NCBI GenBank assembly: GCA_038064575.1
Contig: JBBTST010000003.1
Span: 6,751 to 70,750 of the forward strand
Source of the DNA: Patescibacteria group bacterium
GTDB lineage: Bacteria > Patescibacteriota > WWE3 > UBA101185 > 2-01-FULL-41-18
Reading direction: 5' to 3'
DNA: 64,000 nucleotides
The translations under genes were made by a program, and so were the position numbers. This document shows, piece by piece, positions 54,055-62,156 of this stretch. Under the pieces are notes generated by a model, which worked only from the letters and a program-made list of their open reading frames with translations, was not told where the DNA came from and did no database searches. Every line of letters starts with the position of its first letter. Within the stretch, counting starts at the first letter, position 1.

Positions 54055-56199
54055 ATGAAATTACCATTTGGCAACAAAAAAAAACAAGCACAACAACTCC
54101 ATGAAATGACCGCCGCAGAAAAGCTTTCTCAGGGCATGGTCTCAATAAGAGACATTATTGCCCCCTCAGCTATTGAAATAGATTTTTCTTATATTAGGAT
54201 TGGAAACACATATTATAGAACTTTATTTATTTCAGGCTACCCCAGATTTGTTGGGGCGGACTGGCTTTCTCCTCTTATTAATTTTGATAAGACTCTTGAT
54301 ATTGCAATGTTTTATTATCCCGTCCAATCCAAGGGCATTCTTGATGATCTCAGAAGAAAGATTGCGGAAATGGAGGCCACAATAAAGGCTGATACAGAAA
54401 AAGGCAAAGTTGTAGACCCTGCCGTTACGGCAGCCTTAGAAGATGCTCGCTCCTTACAGGAGCAACTGGTGAAAGGCATAGAACGCTTTTTTCAATTTTC
54501 CTTTTATATCACAATTCCTGCAGAAACTTTGGAAGAGCTTGAGACCATCACAAAAAAGGTTGAGTCCACTCTTGGGGCCCTGCTTTTAATTTCTAAACAA
54601 GCCTCTCTTCAAATGGAACAGGGCTTTCAGTCCACCATACCAACCTGCCTGGACAAGCTTCTTGTAACAAGAAATATGGACACAACAAGTATTGCCACAA
54701 CCTTCCCGTTTACTTCCTCTGACCTTACTTCAAATGAGGGAATAATGTATGGAGTAAATATGCACAACGGGTCCCTAATAATTTTTGATAGGTTTTCTTT
54801 GGAAAACGCTAACATGGTAGTCTTTGCAAAAGCAGGAGCCGGAAAATCTTTTTTTGTAAAACTTGAGGCACTTAGATCTTTGGTTTTTGGAGCGGAGATT
54901 ATAGTAATTGATCCTGAAGAGGAGTACAGAAGATTAAGTGATGCTGTTGGCGGTAATTACATAGCATTCTCACCCTCCTCCCCTTCAAGAATTAATCCGT
55001 TTGACCTTTCTGGAATTGCGGTGGAGGGGGAGAACGAGCTCGGTCAAAAAATCCTCTCCCTACACACCCTTTTTAAAATAATTTTTGGTTCCCTAACAAG
55101 CACTGAGGAGTCTGTGTTAGATAAAGCCTTGATAGAAACATATAGAATTAAGGGCATTACAACGGAACCAACCACCCAAAGAGACAAAGAGCCACCCATA
55201 ATGGAAGATTTATATAAAGTGCTGCTTGGCACTGAAGAACCGGAAGCCAAATCTTTATCCGGAAGACTGGAAAGATACATAAAAGGCTCCTTGGCCGGAA
55301 TTTTTGACCAAAAATCAAACATAGATTTAACCGGAAGATTTACAGTATTTTCCACAAAAAGCCTTGAAGATGTGTTAAGACCTCTTGCCATTTACATTCT
55401 GCTTGATTTTATCTGGACAAGAATCAAAAGAGATCTTAAAAAAAGAATCCTCATTGTTGATGAGGCCTGGTACCTGATGCAAAACAAAGACTCAGCAACT
55501 TTTATGTTTGGCATTGCAAAAAGATGCAGAAAATACTATCTGGGGCTTACCACAATAACACAGGACGTACAGGACTTTTTATCAAGTGAGTACGGCACCG
55601 CAATCATTACAAACTCTTCCATTCAAGTTCTTCTTAAACAACACCCGGCAGCAATAGACAGACTCGCTGAAGTTTTTTATCTTTCTGAGGGGGAAAAGAG
55701 GCTTTTGCTTTCAGCAGGTGTTGGGGAGGGGCTCTTTTTTGCGGGGAGTAATCACGTAGCAATGAAGGTGGAGGCTTCTGATGAGGAGCACAAACTTATA
55801 ACCACCAATCCGCAAGAGTTATTAAGGCTCAGGGAGAAAGGCACGCTCAAGGCAGATACTGGACCCTCCAAGAATATCTACAAACCAACACCAAGCTTTG
55901 ATAACAAACCAAAACAGGCAACAGTTGGAACAACGGGGTTGCCATCGGTCAACAATCCCAATATCAGCTCAATAAAACCTCCTCAGCCCGGTCTGGCACA
56001 GCCTCAAGCCGGAGATACTTCCCCAAACCAGGGGGCAGGCTTGGCTCTTCCTGATGATCCTTACATTCCTACTAAATCAACTAAGATTGAGGTCCCCGAA
56101 GTAGACACCAGCAGTCCCGCGCCAAAATTTGGTCAAACAGAAAATCCGGAGCAAAAACAGCCGGAAGACAGTGATGAAAAAGTAACAGAAATATTTTAG
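54055..56199 (+). CDS. virB4: VirB4-like T4SS ATPase
   Basis: Walker A variant AKAGAGKS, IDPEEEY, INPFD, Walker B ILIVDEAW, KR.RKY...TTITQD. Pro-rich C-terminal tail. Confidence 0.9.
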   Translation: MKLPFGNKKKQAQQLHEMTAAEKLSQGMVSIRDIIAPSAIEIDFSYIRIGNTYYRTLFISGYPRFVGADWLSPLINFDKTLDIAMFYYPVQSKGILDDLRRKIAEMEATIKADTEKGKVVDPAVTAALEDARSLQEQLVKGIERFFQFSFYITIPAETLEELETITKKVESTLGALLLISKQASLQMEQGFQSTIPTCLDKLLVTRNMDTTSIATTFPFTSSDLTSNEGIMYGVNMHNGSLIIFDRFSLENANMVVFAKAGAGKSFFVKLEALRSLVFGAEIIVIDPEEEYRRLSDAVGGNYIAFSPSSPSRINPFDLSGIAVEGENELGQKILSLHTLFKIIFGSLTSTEESVLDKALIETYRIKGITTEPTTQRDKEPPIMEDLYKVLLGTEEPEAKSLSGRLERYIKGSLAGIFDQKSNIDLTGRFTVFSTKSLEDVLRPLAIYILLDFIWTRIKRDLKKRILIVDEAWYLMQNKDSATFMFGIAKRCRKYYLGLTTITQDVQDFLSSEYGTAIITNSSIQVLLKQHPAAIDRLAEVFYLSEGEKRLLLSAGVGEGLFFAGSNHVAMKVEASDEEHKLITTNPQELLRLREKGTLKADTGPSKNIYKPTPSFDNKPKQATVGTTGLPSVNNPNISSIKPPQPGLAQPQAGDTSPNQGAGLALPDDPYIPTKSTKIEVPEVDTSSPAPKFGQTENPEQKQPEDSDEKVTEIF

Positions 56200-56217
56200 C
56201 CTAGGAAGACCTCAACA

Positions 56218-57351
56218 TTAATACTGCAAAGGCATTATCAGATAAGTATGGTTATCCCTGCCAACAGGCTTTAAAACTCCGGGCATTCCGGGACCTATTT
56301 TATCAGAGCAGGAAAACACAAAACCATCCGCTTTAATGTTTGACAGGGCATCAAGTATATATTTTGAATTAAAAGCAACTTCAATATCTCCACCGTCAAT
56401 TTTTGCATCAACACTACTCCTGTTTTCCCCAGCCTCAGTGCTTGAAGAGGATATATACAAAACCCCATCTTCTCCGCTTACTTTAAATTTGACCACACTT
56501 GTTGCATTTTCTTTGGCAAAAACATTTGCAAGTCTTAAGCCATTGGTAAAATCCTTAGTTAACATCTCTACTCTAATATTTGTTAGGGCAGGATCCGGAA
56601 TGAGTTTTTTGTATTCGGGAAAAGCCCCATCCAAAAGTCTTGAGGAAATCAGCAGATCTGAAGATTTAAAAACAGCAAGATTTCCGTCTTTATTTAAGGA
56701 GATTTCTAAAGGCTCCTTGAGAGAGCTAACCAACCTGGCAACTTCCAGTATGATTTTTGCAGGTATGATAGCAGAAAAGTTTTCTTTCACCGTTTCGTTT
56801 TCTGCAAGCTCAACAACCCTCTCCGCTAGTCTAAACCCATCAACTCCTACCATAAAAAGCTTGCCCCCTTCTGAATAAACAAGGATACCTGTAAGAACGG
56901 GTCTTCCCTCATCCATGGCTGCAGCAAAAGCAACCTCAGACACCACCTCACTAAAAATCTTGGGATCCATAGTCAAATGCACCTCATCCGGAGTATCCGG
57001 AAGGGAAGGAAATTCAGAGGCATCAAGCCCATTAAATTTGGAAGAGGCTTTGTCACACATAATTTTCAAAGAAAAATCATCAGATTCACCACTTACTGTC
57101 TGTGGGGGAAGATTAGAAATAAACTCTGAAAGCAGTCTTGCCGGTATCGTAACACTTCCTTCTTCTTCAACAGAAGCACCAATCCAAGTAGTAATAGAAG
57201 TTTCAAGATTGGTAGCTGAAAGCTTAAGTCTGCCGCCCTCTGTTGAAAGTAATACGTTAGATAAAACGGGCATGGGACCTTTATTGGAAACAGCTTTAGA
57301 AACTGTTGTCAGGGCACGGGACAAGTTTTCTTGAAGACAGGTAAATTTCAT
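56218..57351 (-). CDS. dnaN: DNA polymerase III beta sliding clamp
   Basis: MKF...QENL, PVLSNVLL, ATNLE, RPVLTG, VDGFRLA, SRLLDG.FPEY, AFNSKYILDAL, YLIMP. Confidence 0.97.
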   Translation of the reverse strand: MKFTCLQENLSRALTTVSKAVSNKGPMPVLSNVLLSTEGGRLKLSATNLETSITTWIGASVEEEGSVTIPARLLSEFISNLPPQTVSGESDDFSLKIMCDKASSKFNGLDASEFPSLPDTPDEVHLTMDPKIFSEVVSEVAFAAAMDEGRPVLTGILVYSEGGKLFMVGVDGFRLAERVVELAENETVKENFSAIIPAKIILEVARLVSSLKEPLEISLNKDGNLAVFKSSDLLISSRLLDGAFPEYKKLIPDPALTNIRVEMLTKDFTNGLRLANVFAKENATSVVKFKVSGEDGVLYISSSSTEAGENRSSVDAKIDGGDIEVAFNSKYILDALSNIKADGFVFSCSDKIGPGMPGVLKPVGRDNHTYLIMPLQY

Positions 57352-57386
57352 GTTTTCTAAAAGGATTAACTACCAATCCTTTAACT

Positions 57387-57848
57387 TTATTCTTTAGGTT
57401 TTATTACAACTCTTCTACTAAAACCATCTCCAATACTATCTGACGCAATTCCCTCATATTTGGAGGCTTCCAAATGAACAATACGCCTTTCATAAGAAAC
57501 CATTGGGGAAAGTTCTACAGGCTTTAAGGTAAATTTGACTCTATCAACAGCCTTTTTAACTATGTCTTTAATCTTTTCTTCTCTTTCCCTCTTGTAACCG
57601 TTGACATCAACAGAAAGATGCACCCATTTATCAGCTTTTTTGAGAATCATTAAACCAAGAATTGTCTGGAGAGAAGAAAGACCTTCTCCATGATACCCAA
57701 TCACAACCCCAAGGTCATCGCCGGAAAGGGAAACATGAAAACTATCCTCCTCAGTAATATTTTTAAAAACATCTACGGCAGCAACAACTCCAATAAAATA
57801 AAGAATTTTTTCTATCGTTTCTACAATTAATTTTTCTAAATCTGACAT
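57387..57848 (-). CDS. jag: Jag/KhpB RNA-binding protein (KH + R3H, no Jag_N domain)
   Basis: VIGYHGEGL..LQ, DVNGYK..RE, L.PM...ERRIVH, S.G.G..RRVVI. Confidence 0.9.
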   Translation of the reverse strand: MSDLEKLIVETIEKILYFIGVVAAVDVFKNITEEDSFHVSLSGDDLGVVIGYHGEGLSSLQTILGLMILKKADKWVHLSVDVNGYKREREEKIKDIVKKAVDRVKFTLKPVELSPMVSYERRIVHLEASKYEGIASDSIGDGFSRRVVIKPKE

Positions 57849-57849
57849 A

Positions 57850-58638
57850 TCAAACTTTCAAGCCAATTTTTCTTGCAAGAGGTGCAAGACCACCAAGCCC
57901 ACTCACATAATATTGCTGAACTATAGAAAACAGAGTCGTTACTAAAATGTTTAAAACCACTCCGGAGGGCAGATTCAACCCCACAATCAAAAAGACTATA
58001 GGCATGGTATAAAGCATTTGCTCCTGCATATTATACATAACATCATCTGTTGAGTCACTGGTCTTTTTAGCTATTTCTTCTTCTTTTTTTACGTCAGGCA
58101 TCATCATTTTAGAGGTTAAAAATTGAAACAAGGCAGCCAATACCGGAAGAATAAAAAGCGGGTCTTTCTTTGCCAAATCCAAATACAAAAAATTTGAGTT
58201 TATTTTGTGGTTTTCTGGAATTCTCAAAAAATCAGAGTAAAGTCGTGGGTTTAAATCGCCAGAAGAAATGGCGTGTGTTCCAGTTGTAAGATTTATTACT
58301 GAGAAAAGCGCAAAGATTACAAGAATAGGAAAGATTTGGGTCAAACAGCCGGAAGCCGGATTAATCCCAAGAGTCTTGTAAAGCGCCATTTGTTTTTCAG
58401 CAAGCACTTTTTTATCATGTCCATACTTCTTTTTAAGCTTATCAAGCTCAGGCATTATTTCTTTTTGTTTCTGTGCAAGTTTTAAAGAGGAGTGCATGAA
58501 AGGGGCTGATAAGCCCTTAACCAAGAGGGAAAGCGCAATAATAGCCACTCCCAAATTTCCACCAAGCACTCTATAAAAAAAGAGCAAAATATTAAGAAGT
58601 GGCGTTACAAGCACCAAATTCCAAATTGTTGAAATCAT
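57850..58638 (-). CDS. yidC: Membrane protein insertase YidC (short form)
   Basis: GVAII, PEL..LKKKY, QM.LYK..GINPASGCL, FL.LDL...DP, LPSGV, SIVQQY. Confidence 0.93.
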   Translation of the reverse strand: MISTIWNLVLVTPLLNILLFFYRVLGGNLGVAIIALSLLVKGLSAPFMHSSLKLAQKQKEIMPELDKLKKKYGHDKKVLAEKQMALYKTLGINPASGCLTQIFPILVIFALFSVINLTTGTHAISSGDLNPRLYSDFLRIPENHKINSNFLYLDLAKKDPLFILPVLAALFQFLTSKMMMPDVKKEEEIAKKTSDSTDDVMYNMQEQMLYTMPIVFLIVGLNLPSGVVLNILVTTLFSIVQQYYVSGLGGLAPLARKIGLKV

Positions 58639-58641
58639 AAA

Positions 58642-58884
58642 TTATAGGAGAGGGCCTGCTGCGTGTTTTGAGAGGGGATTACAGCAAGCAACCCTTTTAG
58701 CTCCTTTCAGTAACCCTGCTAAGATACCATACTTTTCTACCGCCTGATAGGTATACTCAGAACAAGTAGGAACGTGTCTACAAACCCTGAAAGTAAACTG
58801 AGGCAAAAGAAGTCTCACCAGTCCTGTATCAAAGGAAAGATATTTCTGATAAAACTTTATTAATTTGAGAACTAATTTCTTCAT
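58642..58884 (-). CDS. yidD: Membrane protein insertion efficiency factor
   Basis: LIKFYQKYLS, CRHVPTCSEY...AVEKYG, R...CNP. Confidence 0.92.
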   Translation of the reverse strand: MKKLVLKLIKFYQKYLSFDTGLVRLLLPQFTFRVCRHVPTCSEYTYQAVEKYGILAGLLKGAKRVACCNPLSKHAAGPLL

Positions 58885-59176
58885 ATGTAGCAGTTAACCC
58901 TTTAAATCGGATGATAAAAATATAATAATAACCTGCCTTAAAACCACCCAAAAGCTTATAAACTATATCAGAAAAGACTCTTTTTAGCTTATGTCTAACT
59001 ACAGCTCTTTTGTCAATCTTGTTTGACACAATGAAACCTATTTTTGGTTTTGCGGAAGGATTCTTAATATTCCTCATCACAGACAGCACAAAAAAGGGTG
59101 TGGAACAGCTCTTCCCATACTTTTTGGCTTTCTCGTAATAATATTTATCTGTTAACCGATTATCCGGCGGAAGCAT
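58829..59176 (-). CDS. rnpA: Ribonuclease P protein component
   Basis: MLP..NRL, KIGFIVSNKIDKRAVVRHKLKR (RNR-motif variant). Confidence 0.9.
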   Translation of the reverse strand: MLPPDNRLTDKYYYEKAKKYGKSCSTPFFVLSVMRNIKNPSAKPKIGFIVSNKIDKRAVVRHKLKRVFSDIVYKLLGGFKAGYYYIFIIRFKGLTATYEEISSQINKVLSEISFL

Positions 59177-59185
59177 GTAATAAGC

Positions 59186-59338
59186 TTACTTTGATTTTTT
59201 TGCAACCACAACTCTAACTCTTCCTTTTTGTTTTCTTCTTTTAATTATGTTTCTACCGCCCGGGGTTGAATTTCTGGCCATGAACCCATGTTTTCTGATT
59301 CTTTTTCTCTTTTTAGGCTGATATGTTCTTTTTGGCAT
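59186..59338 (-). CDS. rpmH: 50S ribosomal protein L34
   Basis: My translation: [50 protein letters not shown]. Below the ORF-track cutoff. Confidence 0.97.
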   Translation of the reverse strand: MPKRTYQPKKRKRIRKHGFMARNSTPGGRNIIKRRKQKGRVRVVVAKKSK

Positions 59339-59347
59339 AACCAGGCT

Positions 59348-59376
59348 ATATTAAACGATCCTCCTACCCCAGTCAA
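59348..59376 (-). promoter_or_regulatory. Sigma70-type promoter of the rpmH operon
   Basis: TTGACT-17 nt-TAATAT, 9 nt before the rpmH ATG. Confidence 0.6.
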
Positions 59377-59513
59377 TGCGTTGCTGCGCTAGACAGATAC
59401 CCTATAGTGTGATATGATGCACCAATCCTTAGAAACAAGTGTAAAAAGTGTTTTAGACCTGCAAACACACGTTAATCAGGCTTTATTTTTAGCTAACCTA
59501 AAGAAGGACTAAG

Positions 59514-60434
59514 ATGGATAAACTAAAAATTGGTGTTTTAACAGTAATACTGGCTCTTGTATTAACCCCGTTAAAGGCGTGGGCATGGAAGGCTAGTGGG
59601 TCTGCCAAATCTTCCTGCGTTTTGGAAAAAGCCGTTATCAAAGTGTCCTTCTCAAACACAGAATTAAACGGGGAACAAAATGTAATGAATGTGATAGCTA
59701 AAGACTTAGCTTCAACCAAGACCGTTGCTCTTGGCAGCATAGCTCCCGGACAAACAAAAAATGGAGAAATAAAGCTTGATACTTCTAGCACTTCTGCAAA
59801 TTCTGTTCTTTTTGAGCTTTCCTGGATAAACGGCAGAGAAGGAAAAGATAAACGCTTTGCAAACTACTCTTCTGTTGACTGTAAAGCTACTGAAGAGCCC
59901 AATGAGGAACCCAAAGAACCTAAAGAAGAGAAATCAAAAAATGAGAAAGCAGAGCTTAAAGTCAAAAAGATGGTAAAGCTTGACGGTACTAAAGACTATA
60001 AAGAAAACCTCTCAAATGTTTCAGTTGGAGACACGCTTGTTTTTAAGATAGATGTTAAAAATACAGGAGAAAAAGATGTAGTTGATATTGAAGTATTTGA
60101 TGAACTACCTATTGAATTCAAAGTTCTTGACGGAGAGCTTATAAAAGAGCTTGAAAGACTGCCTGACAATCAAAAGTTCAGCTATACCATAAGAGTAAAA
60201 GTAAAAGAGACGGGAAAAGTTTTAAGTAACGATTGCGTAGAAAACAAAGTAAAAGCAAAGGCGGATATTAATGGAAACGGTAGCAGAGAAAAGCTGTCTT
60301 CAGACACAGTCAAAGTGTGTTTTTCCGGAAGTCTTAAGAGGCTTCCAAAAACAGGAACTGAAAGTTTACTTATAGGAAGCCTCATAGGCCTAAGCCTCCT
60401 TACACTGGGCAAACTGCTACAAACAAGGCTTTAA
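59514..60434 (+). CDS. Secreted surface protein with DUF11-like Ig domain and LPXTG-type C-terminal anchor
   Basis: Signal peptide (AWA); V.K.V....VGDTLVFKIDVKNTG....IEVFDELP; C-terminal LPKTG followed by a hydrophobic helix. Confidence 0.8.
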   Translation: MDKLKIGVLTVILALVLTPLKAWAWKASGSAKSSCVLEKAVIKVSFSNTELNGEQNVMNVIAKDLASTKTVALGSIAPGQTKNGEIKLDTSSTSANSVLFELSWINGREGKDKRFANYSSVDCKATEEPNEEPKEPKEEKSKNEKAELKVKKMVKLDGTKDYKENLSNVSVGDTLVFKIDVKNTGEKDVVDIEVFDELPIEFKVLDGELIKELERLPDNQKFSYTIRVKVKETGKVLSNDCVENKVKAKADINGNGSREKLSSDTVKVCFSGSLKRLPKTGTESLLIGSLIGLSLLTLGKLLQTRL

Positions 60435-60489
60435 CACACATCCCCAAAACTCCTAAAGAGTCACACAAAAGCTTTACTTTAAAAAACCA

Positions 60490-60519
60490 TTGACATTATT
60501 GTGGATAACTTTTTAAATT
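60490..60519 (+). promoter_or_regulatory. dnaA promoter with a DnaA box in the spacer
   Basis: TTGACA 60490-60495; perfect TGTGGATAA 60500-60508; TTAAAT/TAAATT at about 60513. Confidence 0.65.
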
Positions 60520-60555
60520 GTGTGAGATTTGCAAAACTTCTGCCCCACAGTAACT

Positions 60556-61911
60556 ATGAATAACCTCGATCTTTTTAAAGCTGCAATGGGAGAACTGGAA
60601 ACAACGCTGTCAGGAGCGGTGTTCAAAACTTTTTTTTCCACTCTTTCTTTTGGCAAGGCGGAAGGAAGAAAAATGGAGATAGTCGCTCCAAGCGACTACG
60701 TAGCAGACCAAATAAATAAACGCTTTCTAATATTTTTAAAAAACAGCATTGATAGACTTGGAAAGGAAAGCATTGACATAACTTTTAGAGTGGAAAAAAA
60801 AGAAGTTCAAACAATCACAGAAGGCTTGCCACTTTTCACAAGTGTGGAAAAAGTTAAACAGACGGATTCCACAAATAATACCCAGCTTTCTCAAAAATAC
60901 ACATTTGAAACGTTTATAGTAGGCCCTAGTAATAGGCTTGCGCATGCTATAGCAACAACTGTTGCTGAAAATCCGGGCAAAATGTACAATCCGTTTTTCT
61001 TATATGCTGGCGTGGGACTTGGAAAAACCCATCTAATCCAAGCAATAGGAAACAGAATTCTTAAAAACCAACCAAAAGCAAAAGTAGTCTATGCAACGGC
61101 CGAGTCGTTTATGAACGAACTTATTGAAACTATTCAGGAAGGCAGAAATAAAAATTACACCGCAAATAAATTTAGAGATAAGTTTAGAAAGGCTGATTTA
61201 CTTTTGATTGATGATATTCAATTCATTGCAGGCAGGGGAGAGGCAACCCAAGAGGAGTTTTTCCACACCTTCAATGCCCTTTATATGTCACAAAAACAGA
61301 TTGTTCTGACCTCAGACAGACCCCCAAAAGAATTAAATAAATTAGACGCAAGAATCACTTCAAGATTTGCAAGCGGTGTAGTTGCGGATATGCAAAACCC
61401 GGACAGTGAAACAAGAGCTGCAATACTAAGAGAAAAAAGAAATGTGCTCAAAGAAGAAATACCCAATGAAGTTGTAGATTTCATAGCAATAAACTTTGAG
61501 TCAAATATCAGAGAGCTTGAAGGCATGTTTTTACAAATAGTTACAGGGGCAAAAGCTGAAGGAGTACAAATAACCAAAGAATATGCAGCAAAGATCATAG
61601 GGCATGTTTTAAAAGAGCCTCCAAAAGTAAATATAAATGACATCCTAAAAACGGTATGCACTTACTACAATATCAAAATCACTGATTTAAAGGGCAAAAG
61701 CAGGGTGAAAGAATTTGTAGTTCCAAGGCAAATCTCAATGTACTTATTAAAGGATTTAACTCAAACACCCTTCATGGTTATTGGAGACATTTTAGGTGGA
61801 AGAGACCATACCACCATTATGCACGGCAATCAAAAGATAGAAAACAATCTTAAGGAAAACCCAAAAATAAAACAAGACGTTTTAAATATAAAAAGGGCAA
61901 TGAGACTTTAA
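60556..61911 (+). CDS. dnaA: Chromosomal replication initiator DnaA
   Basis: YTFETFIVG..N, YNPFFLY.GVGLGKTHL, LLIDDIQF, QEEFFHTFN, SDRPP, NIRELEG, GGRDHTT. Confidence 0.98.
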   Translation: MNNLDLFKAAMGELETTLSGAVFKTFFSTLSFGKAEGRKMEIVAPSDYVADQINKRFLIFLKNSIDRLGKESIDITFRVEKKEVQTITEGLPLFTSVEKVKQTDSTNNTQLSQKYTFETFIVGPSNRLAHAIATTVAENPGKMYNPFFLYAGVGLGKTHLIQAIGNRILKNQPKAKVVYATAESFMNELIETIQEGRNKNYTANKFRDKFRKADLLLIDDIQFIAGRGEATQEEFFHTFNALYMSQKQIVLTSDRPPKELNKLDARITSRFASGVVADMQNPDSETRAAILREKRNVLKEEIPNEVVDFIAINFESNIRELEGMFLQIVTGAKAEGVQITKEYAAKIIGHVLKEPPKVNINDILKTVCTYYNIKITDLKGKSRVKEFVVPRQISMYLLKDLTQTPFMVIGDILGGRDHTTIMHGNQKIENNLKENPKIKQDVLNIKRAMRL

Positions 61912-62156
61912 AGGATGTGGATAAAGAGCCTCTTTTATCCACAAAGATATACACAGCCTTTTGGGAGTTTTGCACACAAAAAAAGGCTTGGTAGAGGGCT
62001 TGTTCGGGTTTATTTTTAGGCAGGTACAACAAAAACACATCTATAAACAGGAAGCATCATTGAGGTAGGTACTGATACAACTAAAACTGCCCGAAAGTCA
62101 CATATGCACAACACCTATTGTAAGTACTGCTTAGTTTATATATATGCTTTATAGTT
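61912..62156. other. Probable replication origin (oriC)
   Basis: Perfect DnaA boxes TGTGGATAA (61916-61924) and TTATCCACA (61935-61943). Degenerate boxes ATATACACA (61947) and ATATGCACA (62102), then an AT-rich TTTATATATAT. Gene-strand bias and base composition visibly switch here. Confidence 0.75.

Noticed and set aside
58829-58884. 56-nt overlap of rnpA and yidD
   Set aside because: rnpA-yidD overlap is a common, known arrangement.
62111-62135. Possible DnaA-trio run after the ATATGCACA box
   Set aside because: CTA-TTG-TAA-GTA-CTG is too degenerate to call by eye; it is kept only as part of the oriC call.
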